NCBI GenBank assembly: GCA_951406725.2
Contig: OX597833.1
Coordinates: 26,784,001 to 26,848,000, forward strand
From: Octopus vulgaris
Taxonomy: Eukaryota
Reading direction: 5' to 3'
Length of the DNA stretch: 64,000 nucleotides
How positions within the stretch are numbered: the stretch's first letter is position 1; each line of letters starts with the position of its first letter. Positions 60,647 to 64,000 of this stretch are shown here, piece by piece. Under the pieces are notes generated by a model. That model had not been told where the DNA came from, made no database searches, and was given only the letters and a program-made list of their open reading frames with translations. The position numbers and the translations under genes were made by a program.

Positions 60647-61022
60647 GTAAATATTTATTTCGTATATTTTTCACTTGTTTATTGTTTTGGTTTTGTGTTG
60701 AGTTTGATCTGAGAACATAGACTTTTTGTGGAGAATGACGATTTGACGTCTATATCTAGCATGTTGACTGTCCACTTTTTCGTGTTCAGTCCTTAATTGG
60801 TATATATAAATATTTTAATCTTCGGATTCTTTCTTTAATATGCTAGACCACTGGTTCTAATTGATAAATATCAATTTTTACCCTAAATTTAATGTTATAT
60901 ATATATATATATAAAATAGAAATATTAAAATTTCTAAGTCTCTCTAAAGGAAACTACGGCAGCGGTACTGGATATTAATAGTTATGGCCAAGCTAATATG
61001 GCAGTCCAGAAATATAGGACGA

Positions 61023-61214
61023 ATGCTGCCGTTGATTAGCTCCAAGAGGCCATTGCCTCTAGCTTGCTATGTGACATATGAAGCTGTGTCCATTGTAACC
61101 TTCGAACAATGAAGCGGCTGACCTCCCCTGTTCGAAGGTTATAATGGACACAGGTTCTTGTGTCACATAGCTAGCTAGAGGCGATGGCCTCTTGGAGCTA
61201 ATCAACGGCAGTAT
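61023..61214. repeat. Near-perfect hairpin with 86-bp arms and a 20-nt loop
   Basis: CTGCCGTTGATTAGCTCCAAGAGGCCAT...AACCTTCGAACA pairs with TGTTCGAAGGTT...ATGGCCTCTTGGAGCTAATCAACGGCAG. Confidence 0.9.
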
Positions 61215-61255
61215 ATATACACACACACATATATATATACATATACTTTTATTGT

Positions 61256-61458
61256 TGCTGGAGCACCGCCTTTAGCCGAAGAAATCGATCCCAGGACTTA
61301 TTCTTTGTAAGCTTAGTACTTATTCTATCGGTCTCTTTTGTAGACCCACCGGCTTACGGGGACGTAGGCACACCAACATCGCCTGTCAAGCAATGGTGGG
61401 GCACAAATACATTCAAACACACGCGTAGATACACACACACGCGCGCGCACACATACAC

Positions 61459-61518
<60 letters not shown>

Positions 61519-62076
61519 ACATATATGTTATATAAAATCCTTTCTGTCTGTGTGTGTGTCTTCTAGGACCTCGGGCATCCTCCATCCGATTGCGCTCAAA
61601 TTTGATATGTAGATTCCGACGGTATCAGGGTGTGTATAAGTCTCGAAAAAATTACAAAAGTTGATTCCAGGTGAGAATGAAATCGATAAAACCATTTTTG
61701 TCCTGTTTATCTTCCGCGAAACTGTACATAACTGCACCTTCCATTTTTTGTTGTTTTTGTACTGCTTAAAGGCACGTTTCTCTTCTCCCAAGCATACTAT
61801 TTAAACCATGTTTGTGTTCTCCCCGTCAGCAGCCTTATCATTACTGGTACCTTAAACTCTTCGGTTGCATATTTGTGTGAATAAAATCGTTTTTCTTTGG
61901 AATAGAAAAACAGTCTATCTTTATTTCCTCTTTTGCTTGTGTCTCAAATTGAGGTTAAATCAGAGTTTCTGAAAGGAGAGGCCTATGGGACGGTTGGACA
62001 AGTTGTTTTAAGAAAATTTGGTTTAAATGTATGACAACTCAGCCCCGTCCATTGGATGGGGGGGGTTTGCTCGTAT

Positions 62077-62132
<56 letters not shown>

Positions 62133-62290
62133 GACGGGCTTCTTTCAGTTTACGCCTACTAAATCAATTCACAAGACTTTGGTTGTCCCGACGCTATAGT
62201 AGAAGATACTTGCCCTAGGTGGCACGCAGTGGGACTGAACTCAGAACCATGTGGTTGGGAAGCAGACTTCTTACCACACAGTCACGCCTG
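61256..62290 (-). mobile_element. SINE family A copy split by an insertion of about 550 bp in its internal microsatellite
   Basis: 3' half at 61256-61410 and head at 62131-62290, in the expected order and orientation; a Helitron-like segment (61530-62065) lies between them. Confidence 0.6.
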
Positions 62291-62414
62291 TATTTTGATA
62301 TACATATATTCACACATGTACATCTATATGTATGTATGTATGTATATAAATATATGTGTGTGTGTGTGTATGTGTGTGTGTGTTTTTATGTGTGTGTGTG
62401 TGTGTGACCGCGTG

Positions 62415-62527
62415 CGCATCGTTGGCGATTTTCTTACTCCGTCTTCCCTTCTTTGGACTTTTTCTATATTTCTGATGAAGACTTCCGCTCGAAGCGTTGT
62501 TAGTTTTTCTTGTTCATGTTTGGATTG
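62415..62527 (+). mobile_element. Internally deleted copy of the 1258-1432 element with a degenerate hammerhead
   Basis: CTCCGTCTTCCCTT...CTGATGAAGACTTCCGCTCGAAGCGTTG...CATGTTTGGATTGACT. Confidence 0.6.
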
Positions 62528-63331
62528 ACTATATATATATATATATATTGTGTGTGTGTTTGTGTGTGCATGTGCGTGTGTGTGTAAAGTTATAAACTAA
62601 GGGAAGAGAAAATAGATAAATAGAAGAATAGATTTGTAGATATATTTGCCTGTGAAAGCTAATATAGATATTTGTATTTATATCTTCGCATATGCCTGTA
62701 GAATTTCTGTATGTACCAATTTTAGATTATAGGAAAGATTCCATCTTTCTATCTTCACATTATAATTCAACACTGCAACAATTTTGCATCTATATCCTCT
62801 CCATTATGTAACTATATTCCAAAAACTAACTGACACACTCAATTATTAATTCACCAGAGGGCTCTTAGTGGAAGCTAATATATAGTTTTTTTTTGTAGGT
62901 TCTCAGACAACATATCTAGAAAGTATATAAAAATATTATAACAGCCTCCAGGAGCGCATTTATACACACAATTAGTGATAAAACATGAAGAAAACAACGA
63001 GATATACTAAAAAAATACTACACGAATAACACAACAAAGATGGCGTTGGACAGCGCATTTCATTGTGACGAGATAAAAAAAGAGTCTAAGAAAGTAAGAG
63101 TGGTCCACTGGCATGCACTTAGTCAAGAAGGATAAAGCAAACAGAGCATGAGTGAAAATATGCATATATACAAGTTGGCGACATACTGAGATATACATGT
63201 ATATATGTGAGTGTGTATATATGTGGGTGTGTATGTATGTATGCGAGCGCGCGTATGTGTGTGTCTGTATGTGTAGTTATACAGACATATGAATTAGTTA
63301 CATATATGTCTGTGTACGTGTATAGTTAAAG

Positions 63332-63383
<52 letters not shown>

Positions 63384-64000
63384 AACCATGTATATAGACA
63401 TATATATATGGATAGACTTATACATATATAAACGAAAAACTATATACATATATACAAATAGATAGATAGATAGATACGTATGTGGGTGGGTGTATATGTT
63501 TTCACCCGTCCACCGATACGCTACAGTTTAGCACGGACGGGATGCATATATATATATATATATATGAAGGAGAAATATTTAATCGTCACTTAATACGACT
63601 GCAGCCCCTGTGAGCATTCATGTATACATTTATATGCTTTTCCTACAATATTAGAAATTTTAGCTCTTATTTCTAGCAATGCAGGTGCCTTGACACAGCA
63701 TAGTCGCGTTAAGTGATGATTATATTTTTCTTGAATGGTATCACATTGCGCATGATAGTTTATATTAACCTTTGTATACACATTAGCGATCCGCTAATTC
63801 ATCCATTTGTCTATATCACAGAGCTCGAATGGATGGCAAAGTCAACCTCTACGGAATTTGAACTAAGAACATATTAAAAAGGTAATGTGAACGTAATAAG
63901 AACGTAAGGAACCTGAACGAATACCGAGAGTCTATTTTTCCGTCTCTGGCAGTTCTATGCAATTAAGCAATAATTATGATAAAGCTATATATATATATAT

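Larger units (their letters stand above)
59757..60901 (+). mobile_element. 512-bp tandem repeat (about 2.15 units) with one complete hammerhead per unit and a short inverted terminal segment, inserted in (TA)n; retrozyme or non-autonomous Penelope-like element
   Basis: CGGATTCTTTCTTTAATATGC at 59799, 60311 and 60823 (period 512). 59757-59799 is the reverse complement of about 60255-60297. No ORF. Confidence 0.85.

Noticed and set aside
59799-60901. CRISPR-like or coding tandem array
   Set aside because: Units are identical with no variable spacers, no ORF, and the context is eukaryotic.

Overview
AT-rich, repeat-saturated eukaryotic (animal) genomic DNA with one 100-N scaffold gap (28804-28903). 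The microsatellite density and the SINE families suggest a cephalopod (Octopus-like) genome; this is an inference. No intact host protein-coding gene is evident, and almost all listed ORFs are microsatellite translations. Recognisable content: a full-length but broken mariner transposon, a decayed Penelope-like retroelement (RT plus GIY-YIG), two R4/Dong-type LINE 3' fragments, an L1/Tx1 fragment, Helitron Rep/Pif1 relics, a Tigger/pogo MITE, four tRNA-derived SINE families, and a 2.1-kb duplication across the gap that is probably an assembly artefact. The most notable signal is a set of small non-coding elements, mostly next to (TA)n tracts, carrying type I hammerhead ribozyme (HHR) motifs. 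The best case is a 512-bp tandem repeat (59799-60901) with a complete hammerhead in each unit, resembling a retrozyme or non-autonomous Penelope-like element. Several minimal or variant hammerheads also occur, one with a compensatory U3-A8 core. All translations and RNA folds were read by eye, and element boundaries are approximate unless a terminal motif is quoted.
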